A stretch of DNA of 64,000 nucleotides, taken from the NCBI RefSeq assembly GCF_009914755.1, contig NC_060926.1; one strand, 5' to 3'. Source of the stretch: the human T2T-CHM13v2.0 reference genome, Homo sapiens. Under the pieces are notes generated by a model that saw only the letters and a program-made list of their open reading frames with translations, ran no database searches and was not told the DNA's origin. The position numbers were made by a program, and so were the translations under genes. Shown piece by piece: positions 16,975 to 31,682 of this stretch; the stretch's first letter is position 1; every line of letters starts with the position of its first letter.

Positions 16975-17729
16975 TAACCATCTATGTATATATTTTTTAA
17001 AAAACAAATGGGAGCTTACTATTCTTTGCTCATCACATTTAGAGCCAGTTCATTCTTTCTGACAGCTGCATGATATTCCATTCATTGAATATACCCTGAT
17101 GTATTTAACCAAACCCCTGTTGGTTGGCATTTAAGTGGTGTCCAATTTTGTCTTTGGCTTATATTTAGATTACAATGCTGTGATTCAAATAAATATTCTC
17201 AAATGTCTTCATTTCTTAGAACTTAGGAAATATTTCACCAAAAGCTTAGAACTTGGAGTTTGGTTCTGAATAGAAATGTTTTCCTGGTTAAAGTCAGGGT
17301 TTATACTCACCTTCTTTAATGAATTTCAATCTTGTGAGTTTTGAGTTTGATCAAGTGGTTATTAAAGTTTTCCATAGTCTATGGACAGATAAGAGCAAAT
17401 AGAAGAGATGATTCATGCCTTAGGAATTTCTGCCTGACAAATTTCCAATTTATTTGTAACAACAACTAACTGTGAACATGAGATGTTAATTCCAAGATAC
17501 CAGGAATTTCTAAAAGTGTTGAAAAGAGTGGAAAGAATGACAGATAATCTTAGTGATATTGTCAGTATAGTGGAAGGAAATTCGCAAATTAAAGTGATAC
17601 TACTTGTCTTGGTGAGAAAGAGTAGGTGTGGTAGATAATTCTGTGTTAGGGGGTAAGACAGCATAGTACTAATAGGTAACCTGTCAACCCTTTGCCTCTT
17701 CTGACAAAGTTTTGGAAATTCACCTCAGA

Positions 17730-20700
17730 AAGAAACTGTATCTTTTAGCTATCACCATTCCTCCTTCCAGCTCCCCAGCAATCCTGCCCCAAGCCCTAAG
17801 CAACTACTGATCTTCTTTTGATCTCTATAGATTTGCCTGTTCTGGAAATTACACAGACTTGGAATTATATAATATGTAATCTTATGACTGGCTTCTTTCA
17901 CTTACCACATTTTAAAGATTCAACAGTTGTGTGTATCAGTACCTCATTCCTTTTTTTATAACTGAATAATATTCCACCGCATGCATATTCTACATTTTGT
18001 TACTCCATTCATTACTGAGATTGTTTCCACATTTTGGCTGTTATGAATTGTGCTGCATTAAACATTTATGTACAAACTTTTGTGTGACATATTTTTATTT
18101 TTGGGGGTTTATAGCCTAGGAGTGGAGTTGCTGGCCATATAAGTCATAACCCTATGTTTCACCATTTGAAGAATAGCCAGACTGTTTTCTAGCATGGCTG
18201 CACCATTTTACATTCCCACAAGCAGTAAATGACGGTCCCATTTTCTCTAAGTTATGTAATTTATTGCTATACAGTTGTTCATAGTGTTCCTTTATAATCC
18301 TTTTTATTTTTGTAAGATTACTAGTAATATCCCCTATTTTATTTCCAGTTCTAGTGATTTGTGTCCTGTCTCTTTTTTTCTCGGTCACTTTAGCTAAAGA
18401 TTTGTTAATTTTATTGATCTTTTTGGAGAACTACCTTTTGGTTTCATTGATTATTTTTTATTGGTTTTCTATCCTTGATCTCATCAATTTCACCTCTAAT
18501 CTCTAATAATTCCTTCTGTCTGCTTGTATTAGATGTAGTTTGCTCTTCTTTTTCTAGTAGCTTAAGGTAGAAGGTTAGGCTATTTGAGATTTAAAAAAAT
18601 ATGTACAGATATTTACCATCACAATTTCTCTCTAGGTATTGCTTTACTTTATCTGATAAGTTTTGGTATATTGTGTCTTCCTTTCCATTCTTCTCAAACT
18701 GTTTTCCAATTTCCCTGTTGATTTCTTCTTTGACTCGATTATTTAGTAGTGTATTGTTTAATTTTCACATATTAGTTAGCTTTCCAATTTCTTTCTTATC
18801 AGTTTCTTATTTCATTCCATTGTGGCTTGAGAACATACTTTGTATTATTTCAGTCTTTGAAAATTTGTTCAAGTTTATTTTATGACCTCGCTAGCATGTA
18901 GTCTGTCCTGGAGAATGTTCTGTGAGCACTTGAAATAAATGTACATTCTTCTGTTGTTGGGTGGAGTGTTCTATTCTGTTAGGTCTAATTGGTTTATAGT
19001 GTACAAGTCCTATTGCCTTCTTGGTCTTGTGCCTAGTTGTTGTGTCCATTATAGAAAGTAAGGCATTGAAGTCTCCAACTGTTATTGTTGAATTATCTAT
19101 TTCTCCCTTCATTTCTGTCAGTTTTTGCTTCATATATTTTTGTGCCTTGTTATTAGGTGCATTCTGTTTATATTTGTTGTTTTGTCTTCCTGATGGCTTA
19201 TCATTATAAAATGTTCTTCTTTATAGCTAGTAATATTTTGTTTCAGTCTGTTTCGTATGATATTAGTATATAGTCACTCTAGCTTTCTTGTGTTTGCTGT
19301 TTGCATTATATATATTTTTTCTTTCGATCTAGTCGTATCTCTGAATTTAAAGTGTAGATTCTGTAGATGGCAAATAGTTGGATCTTTTTAAAAAAATCGT
19401 CTCACTATCTTTGTCTTTTCTTTTGGTTGTTTAGTCCATTCACATTTAATGTTATTATTGGTATGGTCGGATTTATGTCTGCCTTATTTTCCCCCCCTCT
19501 GTGGGTCTCATGTCTTTTTGTTTCTGTAGTTTGTGATTATTGCTTTCTTTTGCCTTAAGTGAGTATTTTCTAATGTAGCATTTTAATTGCCTTAGTGATT
19601 TTTTTCAGTATACTTTTTTGAGTTACCTCCTTAGTAACCTCTATAAATGTTACAAACCAACAATACATTGCTAACATTACCACTATATATAATTGGCTTT
19701 CAAAGAAACTGAAAGAAGAAAGGAGAGCAAGTACAGGTTGAGCATCCAAACATGAAGATCCAAAATCCAAAATGCTCCAAAATTTGAGACTTCTTGATCA
19801 CTGACTTGACACTCAAAGGAAATGCTCAGTGGAGCATTTTGGAGTTTGGATTTTTGGATTTGGGATGCTCAACTGGTAAGTATAATGCATATATTCCAAG
19901 ATTTAAAAAAATCCCAAATTGAAAACATGTCTGGTCCTAAGCATTTCAGATAAGGGATATTCAACATTTCTAGACATAGAACTTTTTTTATATTACCCAT
20001 TTTGTTTATCTTTTCTGCTTCTCTTCATTTGTTCCTGTGGGTTTACATTACCATCTGTAATCGTATCCTTAGCCCAATAGAGCTTTACTTTCACTCACTT
20101 CTTTTGTGCTAGTATTGGCACATATATCACATTTGTATATGTTATAGATCCAAAAATACATCATATATGTATTGTTTTATACCAATGCTTTTTAAATCAG
20201 ATGTGAGAAGAAAGGAGAAGAAATATGCATTAATACTATCTTTGGTATTACATAAAATAGAAGAAGACTCAAAAGTGCTCTTTTTTGTATATATTAATTT
20301 GAATTACTGTTTGGGGTCACCTTTGGTATTTATTTTAAGCCTGGTTTTCCAGCAGTGAAGTCCTCTCAGCTTTTATCTGGGAATGTCTTTATTTTGTTTT
20401 CATTTTCGAAAGATAACTGCTGGATGTAGGATTGCTGGTTGACACATTTTTCCCCCTTTCAGCATTTTGAATATGTTATCTCACCACTGTCTGACTTTCA
20501 TTGTTTCTGCTGATAAGTCAGCTGTTAACTTTATGAGTTTTCTCTTGTGATTGATGAGTCATTTTTCTCTTGCTGTTTTCAAGATTTTTCTCTTGCCTTT
20601 GACTTTTAGCATTCCTACTACGATGTGTCTGTTTGTGGATATCTTTGTGTTGCTCCTGTTTGAAATTTGTTGAGCTCCCTTGATGTATAGGTTATTGGTT

Positions 20701-21690
20701 TTTAATAAATTTAGGAAGTTTTCAGCCATTCTTTCTTTGAATAATTTTTTCTGCTCCTTTCTCTGTTTTTCTTCCAGTACTCCCATTACACGTAAATTGG
20801 TGTGCTTAATGGTTTCCTGCATTTCTCTGAGGCACCATCCATTGTTTTCTCTGTTCTTCATGTTGCATAATCTCTATACATCTATCTTCAAGTTTCATAT
20901 TCATTCTTTTGCCAGAGACCATCTGTTGTTAAGCCCTTGTAGTGAATTGTTCATTTCAATTATTTTGCTTTTCAACTCCAGAATTTCTATTTGATTCTTC
21001 TTAATAGTTTATCTTCATTTATAATCTTTAATGATGTGACATTGTCATCAGAATAATCCAGAATAATCCAATCAAATTCAGACACTTTAGAAGGGATAGT
21101 TCTGGAGATTAGTGTTTGGGATTTTTAGGGGGAGCGCAAGAGGGGTCCTCCCCATTGTCTCCCAGGCAAACTAGATGGCCTACATTTTAGGCTATATCTC
21201 TAGTGAATCTACCTGTGTCTTCCCAATTACCTTTTTACCACATCATTCACTGTTTTTGAGAATGTCCTTGGACTTGGACTTCACCATGCTCTGTTGCAAA
21301 TAAAGTCATTTCCATTGGAAAGAGATTAGGAGCTATCTGTCTTATGGCCTGTTTCTCTCCCCAGAGAGAATCTCTGAACCACGGCTCAGGAGTTAGGGGT
21401 GGGGACAATGGCATGTTTCTATCTAAGTAACACCTCTGCTTTAGGAGCTGAATGCTGGGAGAAGGTGGGGAAGGAAATTAGGTTATCTAGGTTTGCTTCT
21501 CCTGGCAAGAAACCAGCCCTTTATGAGCCAGGACAAGGGGATTGAAACCCCAGTTTTAGTGTGCTACACTCAAGGTAGAGCTTTTGTCCCACAGTTGGGG
21601 CCCGGAGCTACAGGGGAGCACTACCTCCCAGCTGCACTCACCTGGAACTTAGCCTTGGGAAAAGGTAGCTGGGATCAGGATATTATATGG
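17730..21690 (-). mobile_element. Old L1 (L1MB/L1M4-like): 3' end, ORF2 endonuclease region, ORF1 remnant and 5' region
   Basis: Minus-strand ORFs EIDNSTITVGDFNALLSIMD (EN), IKRIIKEHYEQLYSNKLHNL, and ORF1-like NLRVMGVLEE...HIVVGMLKVKGKRKILKTAREK; L1MB 3' UTR at 17730-18100. Confidence 0.85.
19734..19965. mobile_element. Tigger4a/Zombi (MER46-like) MITE inside the L1
   Basis: ta|caggttgagcatcc...ggatgctcaactggta...ataagggatattcaac. Confidence 0.85.
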
Positions 21691-21729
21691 AATAGGATCA
21701 AAATTTTTTCTGAAATTAAGAAAGTCTTT

Positions 21730-22206
21730 AGATATATATTCAAGAGAAAGGAAAACATGTGTCCAGAAAAAAATTGTACATGTATGTTAATTGCAGCATT
21801 ATTAATAGTAGCCAAAAAGTAGAATCCCATATGTTCATCAACTGATGAGCAGATAAACGAAGTGAGTTATACTATACAATGGAATAATATTTGGGAATTA
21901 AAAAGTAATGAAATATTAATACATGCTATAGCATGGATGAACCTTGAAAACATTTTGGTAAGTGAAATAAGCCAGTCAGAAGGCCAGATATTATGAGATT
22001 CCTTTTACATGAAATGTCCAGAATAGGCAAGTCTGTATAGACAGAAAATAGATTTGTGGTTGCCTATGGCTAGGGTGTGGGAGTAGAAATGGAGAGGGTT
22101 TGTTTAGTGGATATGGTTTCTTTTTTGGGATGATGAAAATGTTCTAAACTTAGATTGTAATGACAGTTGCACATGTCTGTGAATATAACGCAAAACATTG
22201 TATTTT
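21730..22206 (+). mobile_element. L1MB 3' end (resumes at 23086-23155)
   Basis: atggatgaaccttgaaaacatt...atgaaatgtccagaataggcaa...gatgaaaatgttctaaa; continues as cactttaaatgggtgaatttt after the nested insertions. Confidence 0.85.
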
Positions 22207-22208
22207 GG

Positions 22209-22503
22209 GGCCGGGTGCAGTGGCTCATGCCTATAATCCCAGCACTTTGGGAGGCCAAGGCGGGTAGATCACCTGAGGTCGGGAGTTCGAGACCAGCCTG
22301 ACCAACATGGAGAAACCCCGTCTCTACTAAAAATACAAAATTAGCCAGGCATGGTGGCGCATGTCTGTAATCCAGCTACTCAGGAGGCTGAGGCAGGAGA
22401 ATTTACTTGAACCCAGGAGGCACAGGTTGTGGTGAGCCGAGATCATGTCATTGCACTCCAGCCTGGGCAACAAGAGCGAAACTCCATCTCAAAAATTTAA
22501 AAA
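22209..22503 (+). mobile_element. AluSp
   Basis: gaggtcgggagttcgagaccagcctgaccaacatggagaaac diagnostic; tail split by an L1PA. Confidence 0.92.
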
Positions 22504-23058
22504 AAATACCATTTGACCCAGCAATCCCATTACTGGGTATATACCCAAAGGATTATAAATCGTGCTGCTATAAAGACACATGCACACGTATGTTTAGTGC
22601 AGCACTATTCACAATAGCAAAGACTTGGAACCAACCCAAATGTCCATCAATGATAGACTGGATTAAGAAAATGTGGCACATATACACCATGGAATACTAT
22701 GCAGCCATAAAAAATGATGAGTTCATGTCCTTTGTGGGGACATGGATGAAGCTAGAAACCATCATTCTCAGCAAACTATGGCAAGGACAAAAAAGCCAAA
22801 CACCACATGTTCTCACTCATAGGTGGGAGTTGAACAATGAGAACACTTGGACACAGGAAGGGGAACATCATACACCGGGGCCTGTTGTGGCGGGGGGAAG
22901 TGGGGAGGGATAGCATTAAGAGATATAACTAATGTAAATGATGAGTTAATGGGTGCAGCACACCAACATGGCACACGTATACATATATAACAAACCTGCA
23001 CGTTGTGCACATGTACCCTAGAACTTAAAGTATAATAAAAGTATATATATATAAATTT
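22504..23058 (+). mobile_element. 5'-truncated L1PA (PA4/PA5-like), ~555 bp
   Basis: [30 protein letters not shown]... plus 3' UTR ending gtaccctagaacttaaagtataataaa; TSD aaaaatttaaaaa. Confidence 0.93.
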
Positions 23059-23652
23059 AAAAATTTAAAAATAAATAAAAAATAAATTGTATTTTACACT
23101 TTAAATGGGTGAATTTTGTAGTCTAAATTATGTCTCAGTAAAGATGCTAAAACAAAAGAGAACGTTTAGTCACTTTTGTTATCTTTTAAATTTTGTAAGA
23201 CATATCTATTTTGTATTAAAATATTTATCAAGCCAAACTTGCAGAGCTTTTATGATCATACAAGTCATAAGTTATTTTATAACCTCAGTAGGAAATCATG
23301 TGTATATGTGGTGAATATATTGTGATCTAATGTAATTTGCTTTTCATAGACTTGTCATAGTTTTTAATCCTGTGTTATATATTGACAAGTTGTTTTAATT
23401 ATATTGTAAACTTACTGGAAGCTTTGGTTTTTGCGAAACTTTTAAATTTCTTGCGTTATGAAGATGTGCAGTTTCAAGGATTTCTCCCCGTCTTTACTCT
23501 TTTTTAAAAATGATGCTCAGAAAATTTACTAATAAAGTTATTAATTTCTAATATTTGTACATCAGAAACCATTCATTTGAAAAGCTTGGCTTTGTGAATA
23601 TAATAGTTTAACTTATTTTTTCCTCTCTAATTAGTCCCTCTTATAATAAAGA

Positions 23653-23762
23653 AAAGAGCATTTCTTTTTTTAATCTTTTTTTACTTTTTGTTTTGTTTTG
23701 TTTTTTTGTTTTTTAATTTGTGTGTGTGTTTTTATTTTTTCTTTTTAAAGAGCATTTCTTTT
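23653..23762 (-). repeat. Degenerate poly(T) tract flanked by 16-bp direct repeats
   Basis: aaagagcatttctttt at 23653-23668 and 23747-23762. Confidence 0.8.
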
Positions 23763-24306
23763 ATTGGTGGTCATCTTATGTTAGATATTTATAATGACTA
23801 CTTTGTCTCCATCTGGTATTTTTTGTTTCTTAAAAGGGCATCTCAGTAATGCCTTTATCTTTTCTCTCTATTAATTCTTAGGAAAAAAAGCAAGATAATA
23901 TTTCCTCAGATTTCTTCTATCATCTTAGATTCTCATTGAAGGTTAGGGTTTTTTTGCCCAATAAATTGTTTTTAAGACTAAAAATAAGCACAAATATCAA
24001 AATACGCTTTTGTCTGAATACATATGAGACATAAGAATCCATTGTTTTTCAATTTTTTTATTTTAATAAGTTGTAATACTTTAAAAGCCATTTAAAAGTA
24101 ACCTTCTTGGAGAAAGTTTACTTTAAAATGTTGAAAAATATTTGTACATGACTAATTAAAGCGTATTCCTAAAGCTTTTTTGAGAAATTGTAAAATTTGC
24201 TTAATTTTATAATTTTTTCTAGAATGACTTGAGTAGCCAGGTAGACTTGATAAATTTAAATGTGCATAATAAATTGAATTAATAGATTAAATAGATTTAA
24301 ATATGA

Positions 24307-24564
<258 letters not shown>

Positions 24565-26456
24565 TGATTGTGATATGTTACAACTAATCTTCATTTTTAG
24601 TTGTATTATATTTGTGGTTTTTACCCAGTTCTATATGAAAAGGTAGTGTTGTACAGTCATCCTTTAAGTGCAGTTACTATTTCTTTGAGTAAGTATATTG
24701 CTATCAAACCTATTTCTTGGTCTAGATGGCTATATGATTGTAAGCCAAGGTAAGATAGTACTTTGATTGGTAGCTTCAGATGACTTTGCCTTTTATTGAC
24801 TGTTATGTGTCTTAAGTTATTTTTGGGTAAGATATTTTATGATTAATTGAAGTGATATTTAATTTAAATTGAGACATTTATTGAAATTAAAAGTAATGGC
24901 TAAATATCAAAGACCCCAAAATTTAAATATAGGTAATTCAACTTCATCAATTCATAGAATGTGCTGCTACTAGGCTATACTTTGTTTCATAATATTATCT
25001 AAGCTATAGCTTAAATTAAGGAATATACTATGTGTAATAAGCTAAAAAGAATTTTTATTTTCTCCCCTCCTTAAAAAATATATTATTAAGATTTTTTTTA
25101 AGACAAGATAATGCTAAGTAATTTTATTTATGTATTTAGTTCTGTCAGTATGGAAATTTCTACGTCTCTCTCGGCATTTGGTTTATTGTTTAAACTACAA
25201 CTGTCTATGAATAATTCTTAATTCAACTTTTCCCAGCAGGGAGGAAGTCAAGGGAATGTACTCTAGCCTCTCTTTTTTTTTCTTTCTTCAAACTCCTGAA
25301 ATTTTAATACTTCTATTAGCTATACCCAAGTAGAATCTTGAGGACAAGGGAGTTTTTGATGTGACCCATATAGGTCAGCTTCCTGATATCCAGAGCAGTG
25401 TGGAGGAAGAATCTGTTGAGGCAAAGGAATCATATCGAGCAAGTAGTCTATGTTTATCTTGGAATTTGTAAGGTACAGAAATGTAAAATGATGAAGAGTC
25501 TCTCATTTTCCCATCATCTCAAGACAACCACTATTAATGCTTTAAAGAACTTTAAAATGAGAAAAAATATATACATTATTTACTCACATATATATATCAT
25601 TCCCAGTGCTGTTTATTCCATACACTCATAAAGTTTTACTTTCTAAGACACTCTTTCTGTCTGGCAGCTTCCCACTTTCATGAAGTACAGCTATATGACC
25701 ACCTAATTCACCAGCTGATGTGGTAATTTTTGTAATTTTCAAGTAGCTGCACTTACTTGTCAGTTAGATTGCTAGACTTAGTATAGGTCCTTTGATCTTG
25801 ATTGCTAGACTACTCCTGGGTAGGGAGAGGATTCAAAAGGAAGTAGGGTCCTGGAATAAGCATTCTTGGACTTGTGGCAAGTTACTTTGGTAGTGGTAAG
25901 GCAGAAGTGATTAGTAACAGTTGAAATCCTTACATTAGAGGCCCTAATTCACTAGAACTTTGGGAATACGATATTATGGTTAGGGAGCTAGAGTATATAG
26001 TATTAACACCATGTTTGCTAAAATGACGAGGTGGCAATAATATTTAAAACATTAAAGGATTATTAAGTAGAGGAGGATTGGAGATAAGTTTTTGGAGTAA
26101 ATAGTATTTGTTATACTAAAGTAACATCTGAGCACTGAGTGGTGACATTCCAGTGTGTTCTGGTACTTGTTTCTAAAATATTCCATCATTCAAAGGCAGA
26201 GGAAAGGAGTTTCAAATTAAGATACCCCAGATATTAAGAAGTAAAAGAACTTGCAGAGCCTTATGGTTTTGCCTATGAATTAATACATAAAAGAACAGGA
26301 AGCTAGGGTGTTTTTTTTTTTTTTAAATGACCAGAAGTTCACTAATTGAAAAATAAAACACAGATGTTTCCATATATATTTTCATTAATTTCAGACTGTT
26401 CTTAATGAGGAGCTTTTGAAATTTCAAGTGTTTTCATTTTGTATTATGATTTATCC

Positions 26457-26566
26457 TTGTGTAATGATTTTGGATTACAGTCATTGGGTGAACATCCTAA
26501 GAATTTTTTAAAATGAATAAAAGGACAAGTTTTACTGATTTGTGTAAGGATGAAGGAAAATTCCAT
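26457..26566 (+). repeat. Left arm of a 110-bp inverted repeat
   Basis: Reverse complement of 27814-27923; 9 mismatches in 110 by manual alignment. Confidence 0.93.
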
Positions 26567-26612
26567 CCCCTGCTTGTCTTAAATAGTTTTATTTTCCCTC
26601 TGTCTTTGATGA

Positions 26613-26996
<384 letters not shown>

Positions 26997-27072
26997 TGAA
27001 TGACATAATTCTAATTCACCATTATTGCCTCTAATTTTATGAAAAAAAATATGAATGCCAAATTAGATTTTT

Positions 27073-27366
27073 CCTTTCTGAGACAGGGTCTCACTTTCTC
27101 ATCCAGGCTGGAGTGCAGTGGCACAATCACAGCTCAACGCAGCCTCTCAATCTCCTGGATGCAGGTGATCCTACCACCTCAGCTTCCTGAATAGCTGGGA
27201 CCATAGGCACACACCACTATACCTGGCTAATTTTTTTTTAAACTTTTGTAGAGATGGGATCTCCCTGTGTTCCCCAGGCTGGTCTTGAACTCCTGGACTC
27301 AAGCGATCCTCCAGTTTAGGCCTCCCAAAGTGTAGAGATTGCTGGCATGAGCCACCATGCCCGGCC
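27073..27366 (-). mobile_element. AluJ
   Basis: gagacagggtctcact...ctcaagcgatcctcc; TSD ccaaattagattttt at 27058-27072 and 27367-27381. Confidence 0.92.
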
Positions 27367-27813
27367 CCAAATTAGATTTTTTAAAAAATTACAGAAGTTA
27401 TAAAAGTAGTTTGGATTTGTATTTATTTTCAACAAAAGATCTCAGAGAGGTCGTGTTCAGTCTGTATTGACCAACTCTGCCCCTTCAATAATATCTCCCC
27501 TCTATAGAACACAGATTTAGTACACTCATAAAGCTTTTGATTAGATGTGTGCATATTTTGTTTTCTTGATGCTCCATCTACTTTTCCACACTGCAAATAC
27601 TTACATGTAAATCTATCTTAAATTTCATTAATAAGAAGTGATGTACAAATGTATCAAAATACTAAGTTTATAATTTCATTACAATGGAAATGTTGATTTC
27701 CAACATTTCCGCCATAAATAGTTGGTGTAATCTGATACAGTTTTTATTACAATTCGATATGCCCCTGATAGAAAGTGACACAGAAGACCTACTTGTGCTA
27801 TTGAAAAGCAAGT

Positions 27814-27923
27814 ATGGAATTTTCCTTCATCCTTGCAGAAATCAGTGAAACTTGTCCTTTTACTCATTTAAAAAAATTCTTAGGATGTTCACCCAATGAC
27901 TATAATCTAAATTCACTACACAA
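27814..27923 (-). repeat. Right arm of a 110-bp inverted repeat
   Basis: Reverse complement of 26457-26566. Confidence 0.93.
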
Positions 27924-27933
27924 AACTATAGTG

Positions 27934-28239
<306 letters not shown>

Positions 28240-30481
28240 TTAGCTATATATCTTGGAACAAAATAAAGATAATGATTGATAGACAGTGCTACCATGTGGT
28301 TAAAAAAGCAGGTCGTAAAGAAAGGTCCTTTCTAGTCTATAGCTATGACAGTTCAGTTCTATGTACTTAATAATTGACAGTTTTTAGAAATACAAATATT
28401 ATGGACTAGAAAGTTTGTCTTACTTGAAACTGATTTTAAAAGTCCAGATAGATAATATTCTATTCTCGAGCATTGCTCTTAATAATGGAGCAATTGCTAA
28501 GAGTAGTTACTGGGATTTGGATATCTAACAGTTTTGGAAACCTACATATTTTACTTCTATTATAATGCACATGTAGAGAGGCATTAATGTTTATCTTACC
28601 TGGAAATGGATAAAAGGTTTTATAATGGTTTAGGGAAAGTTGTATATTAGTTTGTAGAACATACAAGTCTCATATGTCAAGAGTGGTACAGTATTTGCTG
28701 CCTTCCTTTGTAATAGTGTTTTCAGGCAGAAAAATTGAAAAAATCAGGTTTTGGAACTAGTCATTGTTCAATTTGGGATTTGGAATTTCAGTTGATAGCA
28801 GGGGAATTAAGATCCATTAAAGTAGATGGTACATGGCTTATGATTGTGCCAAATTCTTGATTGAATAATGAATTGGTTGCTTGTAATTCTTCACTGTCAT
28901 TTTATAGCACTTCCATCTTTGCAATATTTTCAGATTCAAGTTGCTTTTGAAATGGGAAACTGTAATTTTGGATAAATATCTTTTGGGAAAGAACATACAT
29001 GACTGTTCACAAATAGCAAAGTGGGCTATATGTATATTTTTATTACTATTCTTACTGAAGGAAATAAATTAAGCAACCTTATACTAGCATTAGAAGGATT
29101 CTACTAAAGTCTCTCATCCGATCTTTGTCCATGTGAGGAAGTATCCTCTTTCAATACTTCACTGCCTTGTGAGAAACTAGAAAGGAGGATTTAGTGGAAG
29201 ATTAATGTGATTCTTTCTCATAAGTGGCAGTCCAGTATAATCTCCTCCTTTATTCAGTAGATGGGTAAATGATTTTTAAGACGTTCTCAGAAAATACATT
29301 TCCTGCTGTAGCCTATGAAGAGGAGGAAAATAATGTTTTTTAATCAGCATATCAGTGTTAGATATAACGTGTTATTATTCTCTAAAAGAGATAAATAAAA
29401 TTGTTAGTTTGGAAATAACGATGTCTTTACAAGGTTAAAAGGAAAACCGAGTGTTAAAACAAGCTCAGAAGCAGTTTCTGAAGCTTGGGTTTTTTTTGTT
29501 TGTTTTCAATAAAAACTTAGGAGTAGTGCCCTATGGTATTTTGAGAGGAGCATTTATTCCAACAAGAGGAAAAACTGTATTTGGTATTGATTAGTACTCA
29601 TTCCTCTCAAAACTCTTCTCAGTAAAACCTAGTTTCTTCGAACTAGGTTTTTAGAATTATGGATGAAAATGCAGCTTTTCTTCCCACTACCTTTTGACGG
29701 AGGGTAATTTTTCCTTCCTTCTATCACTTTTATTTTAAACAATTTTAAACTGATGAAGGTTTGGGGTTTTTTGTTTGTTTGTTTTAATGATTTTAGATTA
29801 TAATTTGGGAAGACATACATTTTATGAATTGTTCTGTTTTAAACTTAATTTATCTTGGAGGAGTTCAAATAAATTAGAAGGAGTCAGGTTTAGCACTTAC
29901 CTTATAAAACACTTAAAACTTCTTTTTATTCAACAGTAATTCTTGGGAGTATTTATTACATAGAGAAACTGAAATTATTTTAAATCATTTTTTTTGTGTC
30001 ATGCGTTTTTTTCTCTGAAGCAGAGAGAATAACCCTAGTCAAGTGTTTGGTTAATTGGATCATTTACTGTTTGATCCAGCAAAATTAAGACAGTTATGAG
30101 ACATGTTCTCTACCAGAAGCCACTCAGAACAAGTTATTATACCTTTACTAAACTGAAAAACTATAAAGTTATAATTAGGAGACTGGCATTATCTTTTGGT
30201 CTTTTCCTTAATATAAGTGGAGGGCAATATTCACTCCCTATTATGTATTATTTTGTTCTTTAAAACCAAGCAACAATTGACTTGTCAAAATAAAAAGTTC
30301 TTATTGTTTATCATACGGACTCCTAGCTGTAAGTCAGTATGTCATCTCTAAGATGACCAACCAGTAATAACTGTAGCCTTAAATAGTCTATCATTTCATC
30401 TGTGATACCAACTCTGACTTATTAGTTAGAAGAAGAATTTGTCTACATTTTAAGTTTTTATGTCCAGAAATTCACATTTAA

Positions 30482-30788
<307 letters not shown>

Positions 30789-31342
30789 TGAACTTTTAAA
30801 TTAATCAATTTTGTTGTGTGCCTTATTTGAGGTAGTGTGCTCTTAGCTTGATAACCAACATAATGCAATGGATAGTATGCAGTTATATGTGGTTCCTCAC
30901 TTCTAGTGAGGATGTTGCATATTATGATAATTTTTTGTGCCCAAATTTTTGTATAGCACATGGAGTTTAGTATTGAAGCATTTGCTTCTGATACAACATG
31001 AGATTGATAGTCTATTTCCAAGGTAGTCTCTAGGCTCAAGAATTTGGGCTGTTCCAGAGTCTACATAGGATGTGGATTTACCCTTTGAGGAAACAAATGT
31101 TTTCAATCAAGTATAATTCATTCCTTAGCCATGGACCAGAGTTACATGGCTGCCATTCAATGCTTATACTTTTATAGTTTATCCTTATGACATTACGTTA
31201 GCAGAAACCCCTCAGACATGTGAAATATATGTTAATGTTGAATTTATTTTGCTGGTAACTAGTCTTTTAAGAGGTGCCTTCTCAAATATGTCTCATCTGA
31301 ATTGCAAGTTCTGATTTTTTCTGTGACAAGTAAGAGCTATGA

Positions 31343-31682
<340 letters not shown>

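Noticed and set aside
22407-22913. 168-aa ORF as a novel gene
   Set aside because: Accidental read-through from the Alu right arm into the L1 ORF2 C-terminus.
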